NCBI RefSeq assembly: GCF_036321535.1
Contig: NC_087447.1
Span: 43,898,001-43,962,000 of the forward strand
From: Camelus dromedarius
Lineage: Eukaryota
Direction: 5' to 3'
DNA length: 64,000 bases
The notes beneath the pieces are model-generated. The model was not told the DNA's origin. It worked only from the letters and a program-made list of their open reading frames with translations, and ran no database searches. A program made the position numbers and the translations under genes. This document shows positions 38,300-51,570 of this stretch, in pieces; within the stretch, counting starts at the first letter, position 1, and each line of letters starts with the position of its first letter.

Positions 38300-40200
38300 T
38301 ATATATATCCTCTCCTTCCTGAGACCCCCCCATAAATAATCTGAAACAAATATAAAGTATAAACTCACAATCACAAAGAAAATAGCATTAGATAATCAGC
38401 AAAAAGGTTTTAATTTTTTTTTTTCTTGGAAGACAGTATGTGAATGGAGGTGTGGCAGAGGATGCCATAGACCCCCCAAAAATGCAGAGTGGGGTAGACT
38501 TAAGGGGCAGGCAACCTGGCCCATTAAACTCAAAACAGGCTCAGGACTCAGATATTTCCAATATGGTGGCAGCTAAGACTAATATGTTGAGCTGAAAACA
38601 TGGGCGGTGACTGAAAATCTTCACCAAATATTGTCCAAACTGTCTAGGGAGAAACCAAGGTGACTAGTAGGAGAATTAGTGCCCAAGAGCAGAATTTTCC
38701 ATGTTCTTGCAAAAAATGGAAGCTCTCGTAATCCCCCTAAAGTAAATCTTGACTGTTAAAATGTCACTCACAGATACATCCCTGTGGTCAGCTTTTCTAC
38801 TGCCTCATTCTTAAGTAGGACTAAGCTACAAAGAATCACCAGCCATATACAGAAATCTTAGAGCAACATCAACCTATAGAAGCAACAACAACAACAAAGA
38901 TGTTCCCAGAGAAAACAGAGAAAAATCAGGGAGGAAATAGGAACTTTTAAAACATTTCATTCACAGGAAATTTCCACATTGGAAATTATGAAGGGAATTT
39001 TCATGTATTCCCTCCATACAACAAGAGTAAACTACTAGAATGGAGAAGATAATCTTCTAAGAAAAAAAAAAACCTGATGGCTAAAATGAGTAAAAAATTC
39101 AAGAGAGGGTAAAAGTAAAGGAACATCTACCTGAGTATGAACCAGAGATTCAGGAAATTAAAGCAAAAGTTATGAGATACAGAGTATGTATTCAGGAGGT
39201 CTATTATCTAAGTTTTTCAGAAGGTTATGACAGAGAAAATGAAGGTAAGGATCATCAAAAAATTTTTGATTCCCTAGAATTGAAGGACATATTGTTAGGA
39301 GTCCACTGAATACCTACAATAAAATAACTCTACCTTATGCACATTATTGTGAAGTTTCCTAACATGGAAATCAGAGAAAATCACAAAAGCTTAAGAGACA
39401 AACATAATATGAACACAAAGCAATCAGAACTATACTGACATTGGACTTAATTTAAAAAACACTAAATAATGGAACAATGCTTGCAAACTTCTGAGGAAAA
39501 ATTATGATCAAGTTAGAATTCTGTACCCAAACACACTATCAAGGAAGTGTGAAGGCTCAGAAAGCCATTTTCAGACTTACAGTAAGTCAGAAAGATTACT
39601 TTCCAGGCATCTATCAAAGGAAGTTACTTGAGGATGAATGTATGAGGTCAGAAGAAGACAAAGTGCACAGGAAAGACTGCACTCCCCTCAGAAGGTCAGT
39701 GGAAGAAAACCCCAACCAGAGAGCTGAGTTGCAGGCCTGGAGGGGAGCCAGTCCAGCCTGGAGCAGAAGCCTGGGTTCTGGAAAGGTGTTCTCCTCAGAT
39801 AAAGAGGATTTGATAAAACATAAATGACAAGATAAAGAGTTTATTTCTTAATAATATCATTAATTGTCTTCAAAGAGTGTTTTAAAGAAAACAAAGAGAG
39901 AGAAATTAGGTATTCCAGGAGGAAATTTTTTTAGAAAAGGAAAAAATAACCTTAGTATTATTTTTCTTATATACCTCTTGACTCTGCACTAAAAAAAATT
40001 TTATGTTCATAATAACATAGACAACATTTATTGATTCTCAACTCTTAGAACCAAGCCATAGACAAAGCATGGAGGACATAAGCTTGGTTATAGAATAGAA
40101 TGGAAATGTTTTCAACTTTGACAATTTAAAATTGATAGAAAAGATGTCAAAAATTAAGAGGTAGGAAGAAAAAAGCTGAAGGAAAGGTTACAGGTTGCCT
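38300..40200 (+). mobile_element. Very old L1/HAL1-type ORF1-region relic
   Basis: A-rich, with degenerate L1 ORF1 motifs (cacattattgtgaagtttc; tggaacaatgc...ctgaggaaaa...tagaattctgtaccca). Similar sequence occurs at 51900-52850. Confidence 0.5.
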
Positions 40201-41370
40201 TCCAACATGAGGGAACAAGAGATGTTGTCTATAGTTGATAGATGTGTATACATGGATGGGTTTTTTAAATTGAAGTATAGTTGATTTACAATATTTACAC
40301 TAGTTTCAGATATACAGCACAGTGATTCAATATTTTTATACACTGTACTATATATATTGATGTTTTTATGCTAAAATTATTTTTACATTGAAAACCATGT
40401 AAAGATAAAGCAAGCCATTTCTGCTGGGATGAAATTAGAAGGGATTTTCACTTCTATAATAACTTTTACAAAGAGCAAGTATTACTGAGGAAAAAATGAA
40501 AAACATTTTTAAGCTGCTGTAGTATATGAAGCATATGTGGGTTAGCACATTCAGGTGAACTTGGCTCTGAAATCCCCAAACATTTCTGAAAACAGTCCTT
40601 GTTTAACCCTGCTCCTTGGGTTGCGAGGACTGAAGGAATGAAAACCATGACAGTCACTACAATAATGATCATCTCAGTTCCCCAGCATGGTTTTCCTTCC
40701 AAGACAAACCTATAAAAGACATCCATCCTTGTCTACTCATCTGTGTTCAGACTTTTAGACTCATGAACAAAATATCAGGAGACTGGCCCAGGCTATCAAC
40801 TTTCTACTTTGCTAATACTGATTTTAAAATATACAGTGCTTTACTATCATGCTTATTTCATACAAGAAAGGATGTTTTAGCACCAGAAACAAATGCCATT
40901 TCTTTAAAATACTATAGTGAGCTTTATGAATAAAACCATTATACTCTCCTTATTTTGTCAATTCGCTTTAGAGTTGTGAGAACTTTGTCGTGGATAAATA
41001 AGGCACCAGAGATTGGGAACCACTGTCCTAGTCCTTGGAATGTCAGTCCTGCCCCATCTCTATTTCTTACAGAAACAAATATAGCTCAGGGCAAAACCGG
41101 AAAATAGATGATATTTTTGATACCCACTCCAGTCTTCCTATCCTGAGCTCTCCTTTCAACTGCTCTCCCAACCTTGTGTTGTCCCAGAGGACTGGAATTT
41201 TCACAGGGATTATGTTGAAACCTAAAGATTTGGTGTCTGTGGCTAGTCCTCTCACAGCCAAAGGAAACTTACGATGACGACACAGAAGAGACAGGGCGCA
41301 TGCTCAGAATGAATCATGATGTTTCCAGGGCAGGCAAAGGAAACTCGGAATCACAATTGAGGAGGGAAGC

Positions 41371-41403
41371 AAAAACAAAAAACAAAAAACAAAAAACAAA
41401 AAC
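41371..41403 (+). repeat. (CAAAAAA)n simple repeat
   Basis: Read directly. Confidence 0.85.
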
Positions 41404-44259
41404 CAAAGCTGGAAGAGTGGTGCTGAGCACTGAGACTGAGGTGGCTGGGACATAAAAAAGGAGAGGAAATACATGGTCAGAAATGGGGATGAAACAACCA
41501 GTTTAAAAGAAAGGTGCAAAATGAAGAAAGGCAAGTGGCTCAAGATCTTCACTGCCGTGTCCATTAACATATGACTTACCTTTTTGCAAAAGAATTTCAG
41601 GCAGCTTTAAAAATACACACAGCACAAAAGGAGAAACTTTGTGAGGAAATCAGGGCCAAAGAAGAATAAAAGTAAAATGAAAATGAAGTCAGGGGTAAAG
41701 TAAATAGCCAAAATGCATGTATGAGGTTTCGTAAAGTTGCCAGAGGTGGCTATGGAACTGGTTCCCAATACCCCACTTAACAGAGAAAAAAAAGCAACAT
41801 CACCAATTACGTGATTCAGCATCTGAAACACCACACAATTAAGAAATATTTAGGAGACAGAGAAAATCTGGACTAGAAATGTAATGATATTAGAGATTAC
41901 TGTTAATTACCTTTTGATATGATCATTGTACTGTGGTTATGTTGTATAGATATGTATGGAAACATTCAAATGACATGATGTCTGGAATTTGCTTCAAATT
42001 CTAGATGAAACAAGATTGACCCTGGATTAATAATTGTTGAGACTGAAAAATGAGTTCATGGAGTTTATTACATTTTTTTCTCTACTTTTGAATATGTTTG
42101 ACAATTTCCTAACAACAACAACAAAAAAAACCCAAAACATGTTTAGTTGGGGAAAAGTGTTGATTTCTGACTTCAATCTCAGACATTCTTACTTAATAGG
42201 TCTTCGGTGAGAGTCCCTTAATCTCCATTTTTAACAAGCATCTCAGATTAATCTGATGCTCATGGTCTATAGATAACACTGAGTAAATTAGGCCGAGTTA
42301 ACATTAATATACACATACAGTGGTTCAGAACACAAGACACTTTCCTAATCCTAAAGCAATTGTGTCTTGGGGGCTTAATAAAGACAACACCGGGAAATTT
42401 AGTTAGACAATCAGGCCATGGAGAACAGGGTGCCTTGTAGGGAAAGGGGTAATGTAATTAGACAGAGGAAACAGGCAAGACCAGACAGCCCTGATGATGA
42501 TGTTAGGTGTTTCAGGGAACTGAACCAAGGTGGAAACACTGTATAAGAAACCTCAGGGACCATCTAGAACAGGCTATGTCAGAATTCCCTCATCAACAAC
42601 CCCTTCCATGTGACTATGACGCTTTCATTTGAATACTTTATTTTCTGTATTTTTAAAATGTAATACAATGAGCATGTATTACTTTGCAATTTTAAAAGGT
42701 AATAATAACTACAATAAAATTGCATTGAAAAAAATCACAGAATTCTGGAGTTATCTAGTGAAGGGAACTTAGCCCCACACACACCCAGCAACCCAGAGGG
42801 TTCTGAATGGTGACCCTTATCTTGGATAAGAAGCATGTAAGAGACTTTAGGCTGAAACTAGATGCTATGGTGTTAAAATGATTGAACTTTAGTTGTTTGG
42901 AAAGTGTGACCTTGCAGAGACCTTTCTTTAATTACACTGTGGGCACCACAGCATAGTAGTTAGGGACACAGGTTCTAGAAATCACAGTCAAGGTCTGCAG
43001 CCTAACATCAGTTTGTGCAACAGATGATAAATCTCTCAGTATCCTGTTTCCTCACAGCGACGTCACGATACTACTACTATTAACCACTTGGAGTTGCACT
43101 GAGTACTCAGAAAGGTACTGGCACTCAATAAATGTAAGTTATTGGGGTTTTTTTTTGTTCGTATTTTTTCATGAGGTGTCTCAGGATTCAGCCACTCCAT
43201 ATCCAGACTTGTTCTTACTGCCAAGAAGTGGTCACTGTGGTTAATAAACAGTGAGGCTTCTTGCAGCTTTATGAAACGGGCTGACAAGCAGACATTAGGC
43301 ACCAAGTGATGTTACTGAGCTGAATTACTGAGTACAAGAGAACGTGCTCCTATTGAGTACCTGGTATTTGCTAAGGGCCAAACCAGGCGTACAAAATTAA
43401 CAAAACTAGATCTTGCCCTCAAGGAACCACTGACCTTTCAGTAATGCTACTTACAATTTGCAGAGTGCTACTAAAAGCCAGAAGTGAGGGATAAGTAACC
43501 CAATCTGGGGTTCAGAGAAGGCTTCCCACAAAACAGAAGTGAGCCAAATCCTACTTACAAACACTTCTCTTACATGAAGGCCAAATCCAGGTCACTTGGG
43601 CATGTGGTCAAAAGACTTCACCATGAGAAAGGAAGGCCAGGGCTTCTGTGTACGGCCTCTGTGTTGCACAGGGCACCACCTGCTCAACTGCACCTGGAGG
43701 CCCCAGGAAAGACCTGGCATGTTCCAAGGACTCTAGGACGAGCTTTGCCACCATTCATATATTGTGACCTTGGATAAATCACTGCCCCTCTATGGTCTTC
43801 CTCATCTGTCATAAAGGGCCTAGACGTGGCTCTCACCTTCTGTGGTGTTTCTGAACTTGCCAAATGACCTTAAGTTCACAGCAATGTCTATCTAGGGCTA
43901 AAGCCACTGCAGTCATTCCTATTAGTGACCAGAAGCCAATGGGTGCCATCCAACAGGAGGCTATGTTTTAGGGTCATTCCTGCTTTTCATTCTTGCAGCA
44001 GACATGAGGTTCTCTTAGCTCATGGAAAAATACTGGCTCACAGTGCAAACTGCAAGGATTAAGGAGCATCAGCTTGGGCCCACGGGGGCCATACCGTTAT
44101 TAAGGTACTGAGCCAGGTAAACAGAGCACTCTCCTGCCTTAATTCTAAGAAGCCCGTGGACTGGTAGGGCATGGTAATTGGCAAATGATATCAACTGCAT
44201 TTTCCTGCAATTGACATAAAGAGAGGAGCATATTTGGTAGCATACTGTATCTCTGGCCC

Positions 44260-44718
44260 TGTGGGGCTGCACCCCGGACGCAGGCATGCTAAGCCTGTAC
44301 TTGCCCAGCTTCAAGATGGAAGGAAGAGCCCGGAGTCAGCAACAGAGACATCAAGGGTTTAATGGACAAGGGGAACTTACATGTCTGAAGCAAGGACCTG
44401 GAGCGACTCCCCACTGCATGCGGTGGAGGGCTGGCAGGACGTGGCTGCAGTCTTCACTTCTGGGAGCAGGGGGAGGTTACTCGTTATAGGGGGAACTGAC
44501 ATCAGGTTGGCTCATCGGTTACCAGGGAAACCAGCAAAGGGGCACGCCCCTCATCACTCCTTTGATAAGCTAATGGGAATAATCATCAGTTGGGGCCTGG
44601 GGCAAGCAGATAGGAAGGGCAGTTATGTGAGTAGATGTAGGTGAAGCAGGCACTGGCCGAGCAGGGAGTGTACAAGAGTGAGCAAGAGAACAGCCATCTT
44701 GAGTGGCCTGACCACACA
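44260..44718 (-). mobile_element. ERVL-class solo LTR (MER54/MER74-like), sense to SYT9
   Basis: TG...CA termini and a near-perfect 5-bp TSD (GGCCC 44255-59 / AGCCC 44719-23). On the minus strand, TATAA (44484-88) precedes ATTAAA (44358-63). Confidence 0.7.
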
Positions 44719-45464
44719 AGCCCTCAGATCTTTGCCTCAGAAGGCTGCCCAGAAGATTCTGCCTGTGTTAACACAGCAGCTGGCCTAAAATTAGCAATGA
44801 GAGAACACTCTCTGTGGCACCTTCTATTTGCAAAGTGCAGCCTCATCAGTGTGACCAGCTCCTTTTGACACTGCCATTACCTGCTCCACCTGGGCCACAC
44901 AGGGCAGGGGTGGCTGAGGCTGCGCAGCGGCTAAAGCTGCAAACACTAAGAGCTGTGTGTTGGCTCCTGTGACCATAATCCCTGACCTCCCGATCCTGTT
45001 GCACCTGGGCCCCTGCTGTTTGCATAACAGGAAGGCTCGGGAACGATCATCAGGTTTACCTACTGGGTTTCCATTCTCTTTTTATTCTCTACAGAAATTA
45101 CTGAATTGGAAAAAAAAATCTACTTAAGAAAATATTTTACCGCCAACTGAGCTTCATTGGAAGTGCCTGAGAAATCTACAGTGTTTTCTGTATCATGGGA
45201 CTCTGGCTTGCGTGGGACTCAGGTGTGCGAAATAATGGAAAATCTGACATGGAAGGTTTCACACAATGGGGACTTTTTGCCTGAAAAGAACATCATGAAA
45301 CAAATCTCCAGAACATGCGGGGACCGGGTACAGGCCAAAGAGGTCAGCAACCTTCCCTGCTGTGTCTGTGGGAGGAATGGGAGCCCCGGGCCACCCACCA
45401 GTGGAGGGGGATGGGAGTGGGCACCTAGAGACCTGGAGCCCAACTCTATGACTTTTTTTTTCCA

Positions 45465-46005
45465 AAAAAAATTATTTGTGGTAAAATACACATAAGATAA
45501 AATTTACCATTTTAAGCATTTTTTGAGTGTATAGTTCAGTAGTGCTCATTTATGTGGTGGTGCAGCCAGTCTCCAGAACTTTCTCATTTTGCAGAAATGA
45601 CATTCTATACCCATTAAACAATTCCCCTCTGGCTACCCTGCCCCCAGCCTCACACGGACTACCATTCTACTTTATCCATCAATTTGACTTCTCTAAGTAC
45701 CTCATACGAATGAAATCACACAGCATTTATCTTACTGTGACTGGCCTGTTTCACTTAGCATAATGTCTTCAAGGTTGTATCCACGTTGCAGTATGTATCA
45801 GAATCCCTTTCCTTTTTAAGGCTGAATAATACTTCTCTGTAGTATATACTACATTTTCTTCACCCATTCATCCACAGATGGACATCTGGGTTGCTTCCAC
45901 CTTTGGGTATAATGACTAGTGCTGCTGTGAATATGGGTGGACAAATATCTGAGACCGTGCTTTCAGTTCTGAGGTATGGACCCAGCAGTGGAATTCCAGC
46001 TCTGT
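45465..46005 (-). mobile_element. L1MB-like 3' UTR fragment
   Basis: tttgtggtaaaatacacataagataaaatttaccatttt...ttcacttagcataatgtcttcaagg...gatggacatctgggttgcttccacc. Confidence 0.85.
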
Positions 46006-46249
46006 TACCTGTGAAGACACTCTGGGCTCCCTGCAACCTCTTCTCTTTAGAGGCCATTTCTCACCTCTAAACTGGGGGGAAAAGTTCCTCCCTGCCTAGT
46101 TCTTTTGGAAATTAGGTGCACTTGCATATGTATAAAACCGTGTCATAGTGCTTTCAAGTACTGTTGCTTAAAATTCTTTTTAGGCCTAGTGCTGCTGCAC
46201 TGGCCTAAGAATTCACACCTCCCACAGGACTCCTTTGCAAGCTCTGTCA

Positions 46250-46370
46250 ATCAGAGTCTTTTCCCATGTTAGATCTGGTCTTGCTTTGATCCAGTTAGTG
46301 TTTCAACCTATCAGAGTCTTTTCCCATGTTAGATCTGGTCTTGCTTTGATCCAGTTAGTGTTTCAACCTA
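46250..46370. repeat. Perfect 60-bp tandem duplication
   Basis: atcagagtcttttcccatgttagatctggtcttgctttgatccagttagtgtttcaacct x2. Confidence 0.95.
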
Positions 46371-47254
46371 ACCTCTAACCCATGGGACAAGATCATAAGG
46401 TTGCTGACAACCAGTTTTGTGAACCACTATTTAGAAACAAATCTCATAAAGCAACATGTAATGTCAGGGTGGGAATTCTTCCCTATTTTCCTGAAATGTT
46501 CCTGGTCATTTCTCCTACCTCTTCCTGCTCCACTTAGAGGGGAAGTGGGTCACTCAACTAGACAGCTCAGGGCAGCCCTACTTTTCCTTTCTATCTGCTA
46601 TCCGTCCTCCTGCATGGGACATACTGCAGCACTGGGAAGTCTGTTACTGCTCTGGACCCTGGAATTAAACAGATTCTCTCTCCTGACTCTTTCTCAGGCA
46701 CAGCTGGACACCTGCAAGACAGGGCCTCAACCCGTACACACGCGGCCTGGTGGACAGCAGTCCTGTGCACATGCCCTCTGCTAGCTGTGTCCGTATAGGT
46801 AAGGGCAGAGAGCTGCCAGGCTCCTATCAGCACAAAGAGAGTTACACAGGGGATATTTTTTTCATAGCACAAGAGTTCGGCAAGAGACAGGATATATGAG
46901 GAAATGACCCGGAGTCTGGCTGGAGACTTGTCTTTAAACACATGTAAGACTCTCCCTAGAGTCTTCCAATAATTCTTGGAAGAAGGACCACAGGTTCTGG
47001 TGAGCCCTGGTTAGCTGCCAGAGGCAACGGGCCAGTGCGTTTTGTGTATCTTCAGGCTGTTGAGTTCTAAGTGTTTCAGTGATTAGAATAGTATTTTCTC
47101 TTTCAAATTAAAACATTTAAAAATCTTATATTCAAATTATGTAGCATTTGGATGTGACGACCTTTGTATCAGAGTCAGACTTTCTTCCAAAATCTGATGA
47201 ATTTCTGTCCTAACATTTGGACGCCCGATGCATACCGTCATCTAGCAGGCAACT

Positions 47255-47692
47255 ATGTGTTGTGCATCTTCCACTTACCACTCCAAATCTGCCCTCCTTC
47301 CCTCTGCACCCTGCTTTGGGCCATGGAGACTCACCTATAGGGGAATATATATCAAGGGGTTCCCTTGCCTTTGGCCAATAGGAGCCCTAATGGGAAATTA
47401 AAGAGTGGGAGGAGAATGAAGTTACAGTATTTATTCCTCCAGTTTTCCTCCTGCTGGGTCGCCATGTTGCGTGTGTCCCCCTGTTGAAAGCCACAGCTCT
47501 TTTCCGGGCTCTTTTAGGCCTCTGGGTGGCAATGGCTCCCACGTTTATGAGCCCTGGAGGACTGCACTACCCCTCGTTGGTTGCCCCGAATCCTGATAAT
47601 CATGCCTTTGTAAAGAGCCCCTGGAGTGAGCCTTTCTCAAATTACCTAATTCGACCATGCTGCATGTTTCCACTGGGACCCAGGCTGATTCT
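47255..47692 (+). mobile_element. ERVL LTR (LTR33-like), degenerate
   Basis: Recalled LTR33-type motifs (ttggccaataggagcc...gggaggagaatgaag...gtatttattcct; tttgtaaagagccc). Confidence 0.5.
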
Positions 47693-49089
47693 CTACAGAA
47701 TGCTTCATTTTCGATTCTGTATCCTCTAGTCCCTACCTGTGTAACCTACCTGTGTAACCTTGGGAAACCTGAACTCATATCTGGGCCTGAGTTTCGTAAC
47801 ATACAAAATGAGATGCTTTGAGATGGAAGGATCTTTCCAGATCTCATGTTCTTGAAATGAGAGAAATTTTATATCCAAAGTATATTCTATAAGCAAGCAT
47901 GATATCTAGCACACAGGAGGCGCTCAACATTTAATGAATGATAAAGTCTAAAGCTATGTATCTTTCCCTATTTATATCCACTAAAAAATGTGCTTCAGGA
48001 AAAGAAAATGCCAAAGAAGCTGTATGTTTAAGTACATAGAGAGTGAGCGTTATGATTACCTTTTCACTGTGATTGAAAATAATACAATATTTGATGCTTC
48101 TCTGAACATTTAAGACTCCATGGAGGCAGCGCAGTGGGTGGAAGGACCATAGGCGCTGCAGACAGGCTTTGTTTATTAAATTAACCTTACAACACATCAT
48201 CTTGAGCTGCCTTTATGAAGATATCATGTAATTGGGAGTAGACCGATCTATTCAGAGTGTGCCAGAGAAACTAAATTTTCAGGAGACGCTCTTACAGTCA
48301 GAGGCTCTCTCCATAGTCTTGCTTCTATGGCCAGTATTAACCCTAGAAATACCGCTCCTGAGAAACAGTTCTAAGCCACAAGGCTGGTTCAAGTCAGAAC
48401 AGAAAGTGGACTCCTGGTTCAAACTCTTCCCTATTCTTTTTCTCTTCTGTCTGGCTTGAACCTTGGTCCACGACCAGAGACACACACTCTCTTTCAACAT
48501 GTAACCTCTTGCTAGCTTGGACTTCTGTACTTAAAATCCTAACGTCCCCCCGGGTCATGGATCTGCCTATGCTACAAGGATGATCAGGCTCAGATTATCG
48601 GTAACTGATTAAAAGCACAGGCTTTTGTGTCTCTGTACTTAACCATCAATTTTCTAAAAAGTATGTTTTTAAGTCAGTTTCCTTTCTGTAAATATTCCAC
48701 GCTACTGAAATGAAGATGGTTTCTTTTCAATAGCTAATTGTCATCAGTAGTCATGCATAGAAAACTGGCATTAATTCATCATCAGAATGATTAAAATACT
48801 GGTCTATGACCAAGAAACAGTAAGTGTACTAAAGAGCATTGACAATAAAGAAGAAAAAAACCCCTTAGATTTCAAAACAAATTACTCTTAACTCTAACTG
48901 GAAGATAAAAGGAACACCAACTCTTCTCAGAAGTGTTCTCTTTAGGCCTGCCCTCTCCACGAGTCACAGAAGTTCTGCCTCTTGGCCATGGACAAAGCCA
49001 CAGCAATGATTAGGCACTGATGGTTTTTCCTAAAACATTCCTGCAATCTTCACTTCTCTTTAAACCAGGTAGGTTTCTCTTTTCACTGT

Positions 49090-49325
49090 TTTTTAATCGG
49101 GGTAAAAATCCACATAACATAAAAGTGACCATTTTAGCTGTTTTTGAGTGTACAGTTCAGTGCCGTCAGTACAATCATACTGTTGTGCGCCGTCGTCACT
49201 GTCCATCTGGAGGACTTTGTCATCATCCTGTACTGAAATGCTATCCCTATACACAATAACCTCCCATTCTCTTCTTCCCCTGCCCTCTGCTCCTGGGAAC
49301 CACTCTTCTGTTCTATCTCCATGAT
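49090..49325 (-). mobile_element. L1MB-like 3' end fragment
   Basis: ggtaaaaatccacataacataaaagtgaccattttagc...gagtgtacagttcagtg...ggaaccactcttctgttc. Confidence 0.75.
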
Positions 49326-51229
49326 AAGCCAAGTAGTTTGTTCATTTTAATGAAAGTTGGTCTCCAGCTAGGCCCTTCACCTCCTAAAAGTACGCAGAAA
49401 AGAAGTGGAGATGACCACAGCCAGAGAGCACAGGCAGGCTGCTATGCAGACACTGGGAAAAGAGGAGAGTCCAGCACTTCGCAAATGATGCTTTGGAGAC
49501 TGAAGTAGGAAAAGAGGCTACACACAGGTTTTCTACTAACGACCTCCAGGTCCTCTGATTCTGGATGTCAGTGCGCTCTCCTAAGGATGCACAGAACTTC
49601 ACCTACTTTTCTGGGTGCTCAGCAGCATCCTGTACCACTAGGGGTCTCAGTGGCATTGCCACGAGACACTCTATACCAGGTGGGCTTGAGACAGGGAAAG
49701 TGTTTCCCAAAAGACCAAAAATGTGAGCACTGGATACAGGATTAATGAAGACTCCGAACAGCAACAGTAGAGAGGGCAAGGTTTCCACACTTAAAGGGGT
49801 GGAAGAAATTGAGGCTAGATCACTAGCAGGAGACCAGGCAGGAGCCTAGGGACAGAGCAAAGATTAGCAGGAAGCCAAGGCAAGGAGAACGGGGACAGCA
49901 CTGGAGGAGAGAAACAGCAAGAACAGCAATTAAGGACTAGAGGGATGACAAAAGCAGTAGACTCAGCTGAAAGATAACAGAGCCAAAGGAAGTGGCTCAA
50001 TTTAGGTGGGATGTTATTCTCCACCATATCCCCCACAGGAGACTCACAGGAAACACAAGAAGTGGAATGACAAGGGTCCTTCCTATCCTCTGGCAGGGAA
50101 AGGCTGATGATACAACAAACCTACATCCAAAAATGCTAAAGTATATCCATCTAGGCATATGGAGTTGGTGATATCAGGGAGATATTTGGGGTAATAATAA
50201 ATGAAACAGAAATAAGAAGTTTTGAAACTTGCAGATAGGATGAGACATTATTATCATAAAAATACAAGAGAATTACTAAGCAAAGGGAAGACTGATGAAG
50301 AGTTAGGTTTTTAGGAAGTGATTCCATAGCTTTACTGAACACCAACACTAGGCAGGTCACAGTCCCTCTCAACTCTTCTGCCAAAGTACTTCAGATGGAG
50401 AATCACCACCACAGAACCTGAGGTCCTCCTCAGGGTTTCCCAGGGCCCTAACAGTCACATGTGGACTTCTACTGCTGTGACTCTGGGAGTCTGTGTCAAA
50501 AGGCCCCTGAAAGTCCTGCAGAATTAGGTCTAGGGAGAAGCTCAGTCGTCTGCCATGCCTATCATGCTGCTGCTTTCTGCTGCCATCACATGGATGCTAC
50601 GTGTCACTTGGAAGACTTGGTACATCAGCCCTTAAACAATTCCACTTCCATAAATAACTTGTAAAAATGTACAAGGAAATGGGATGAAAACATAAAGTGT
50701 TTGACTGTCCTTATAACTTGCATACTAACTTGGGAATTTCTGGATGTTTTTTGCTTTATACTATGTTAGAAACCAGAAGGGAGCCCGTTCTCAATGTCCC
50801 AAAATGAGAAAGAAAAAGTTGCAATTAGATTATCACTGTTAAGCAAGTAGGGTATAAAATAAAGATGCAGGGTATCTCAAGATGAAGAAGGTTATGAGCG
50901 AGAAGCTTGACCCCTTTCTAAGAGAGGGAATGAATGACTTGATTTCTTCTCACACCTTTGAACAATTAAGTATAAAGACCACACCACCAGTGAACTGAGA
51001 AGCCAATGTGCATAATTATATCCAGTTATTACTTAACGCTATCTTGAGAAGAACTAAGTGGACTCTGGTGAAAACCCCTTCTGACTAGTGTTGGTCAGAG
51101 AATTCTGAAGCTTCCACTCATGAACTTACAAAAAGAACCATTAAATTAATATGGGCATTGAAAGGAGACAGAAACTCACCTGATCTTTAGCTTCAAAATT
51201 CTCCTAAAATAGGGTCTAGGAGTAGCTTG

Positions 51230-51570
51230 TGCTATAGACTGAGTGTCTGTGTTCCCCTCTCCCCGCGCCAAATTCCTATGTTAAATTCTATCAGCACCCA
51301 GTGTGATGGTATTAGGAGGTAAAGCCCTCAAGAATGGGATTAGTTTCCTTATAAAAGAGGCCCACAATGTTCCTCAACCCTTGATTCACATGAGAACACA
51401 GAGAGGAGGCACCTTCTATGAGGAAGCAGGCCACTGTCACACACTGAATCTGTCTGCACATTGATCTTGAACTTCCCAGCCTCCAGAACTGTAAGAAATA
51501 AATTTCTGCTGTTTGTTAAGCCATTCAGTCTATAGTGGCTTGTTTATAGAAGCCTAAATGGACTGAGACA
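51230..51570 (+). mobile_element. MaLR solo LTR (MLT1A-like) with 5-bp TSD GCTTG
   Basis: TG...CA termini, with GCTTG at 51225-29 and 51571-75. Clearly similar to 19280-19644. Confidence 0.9.
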
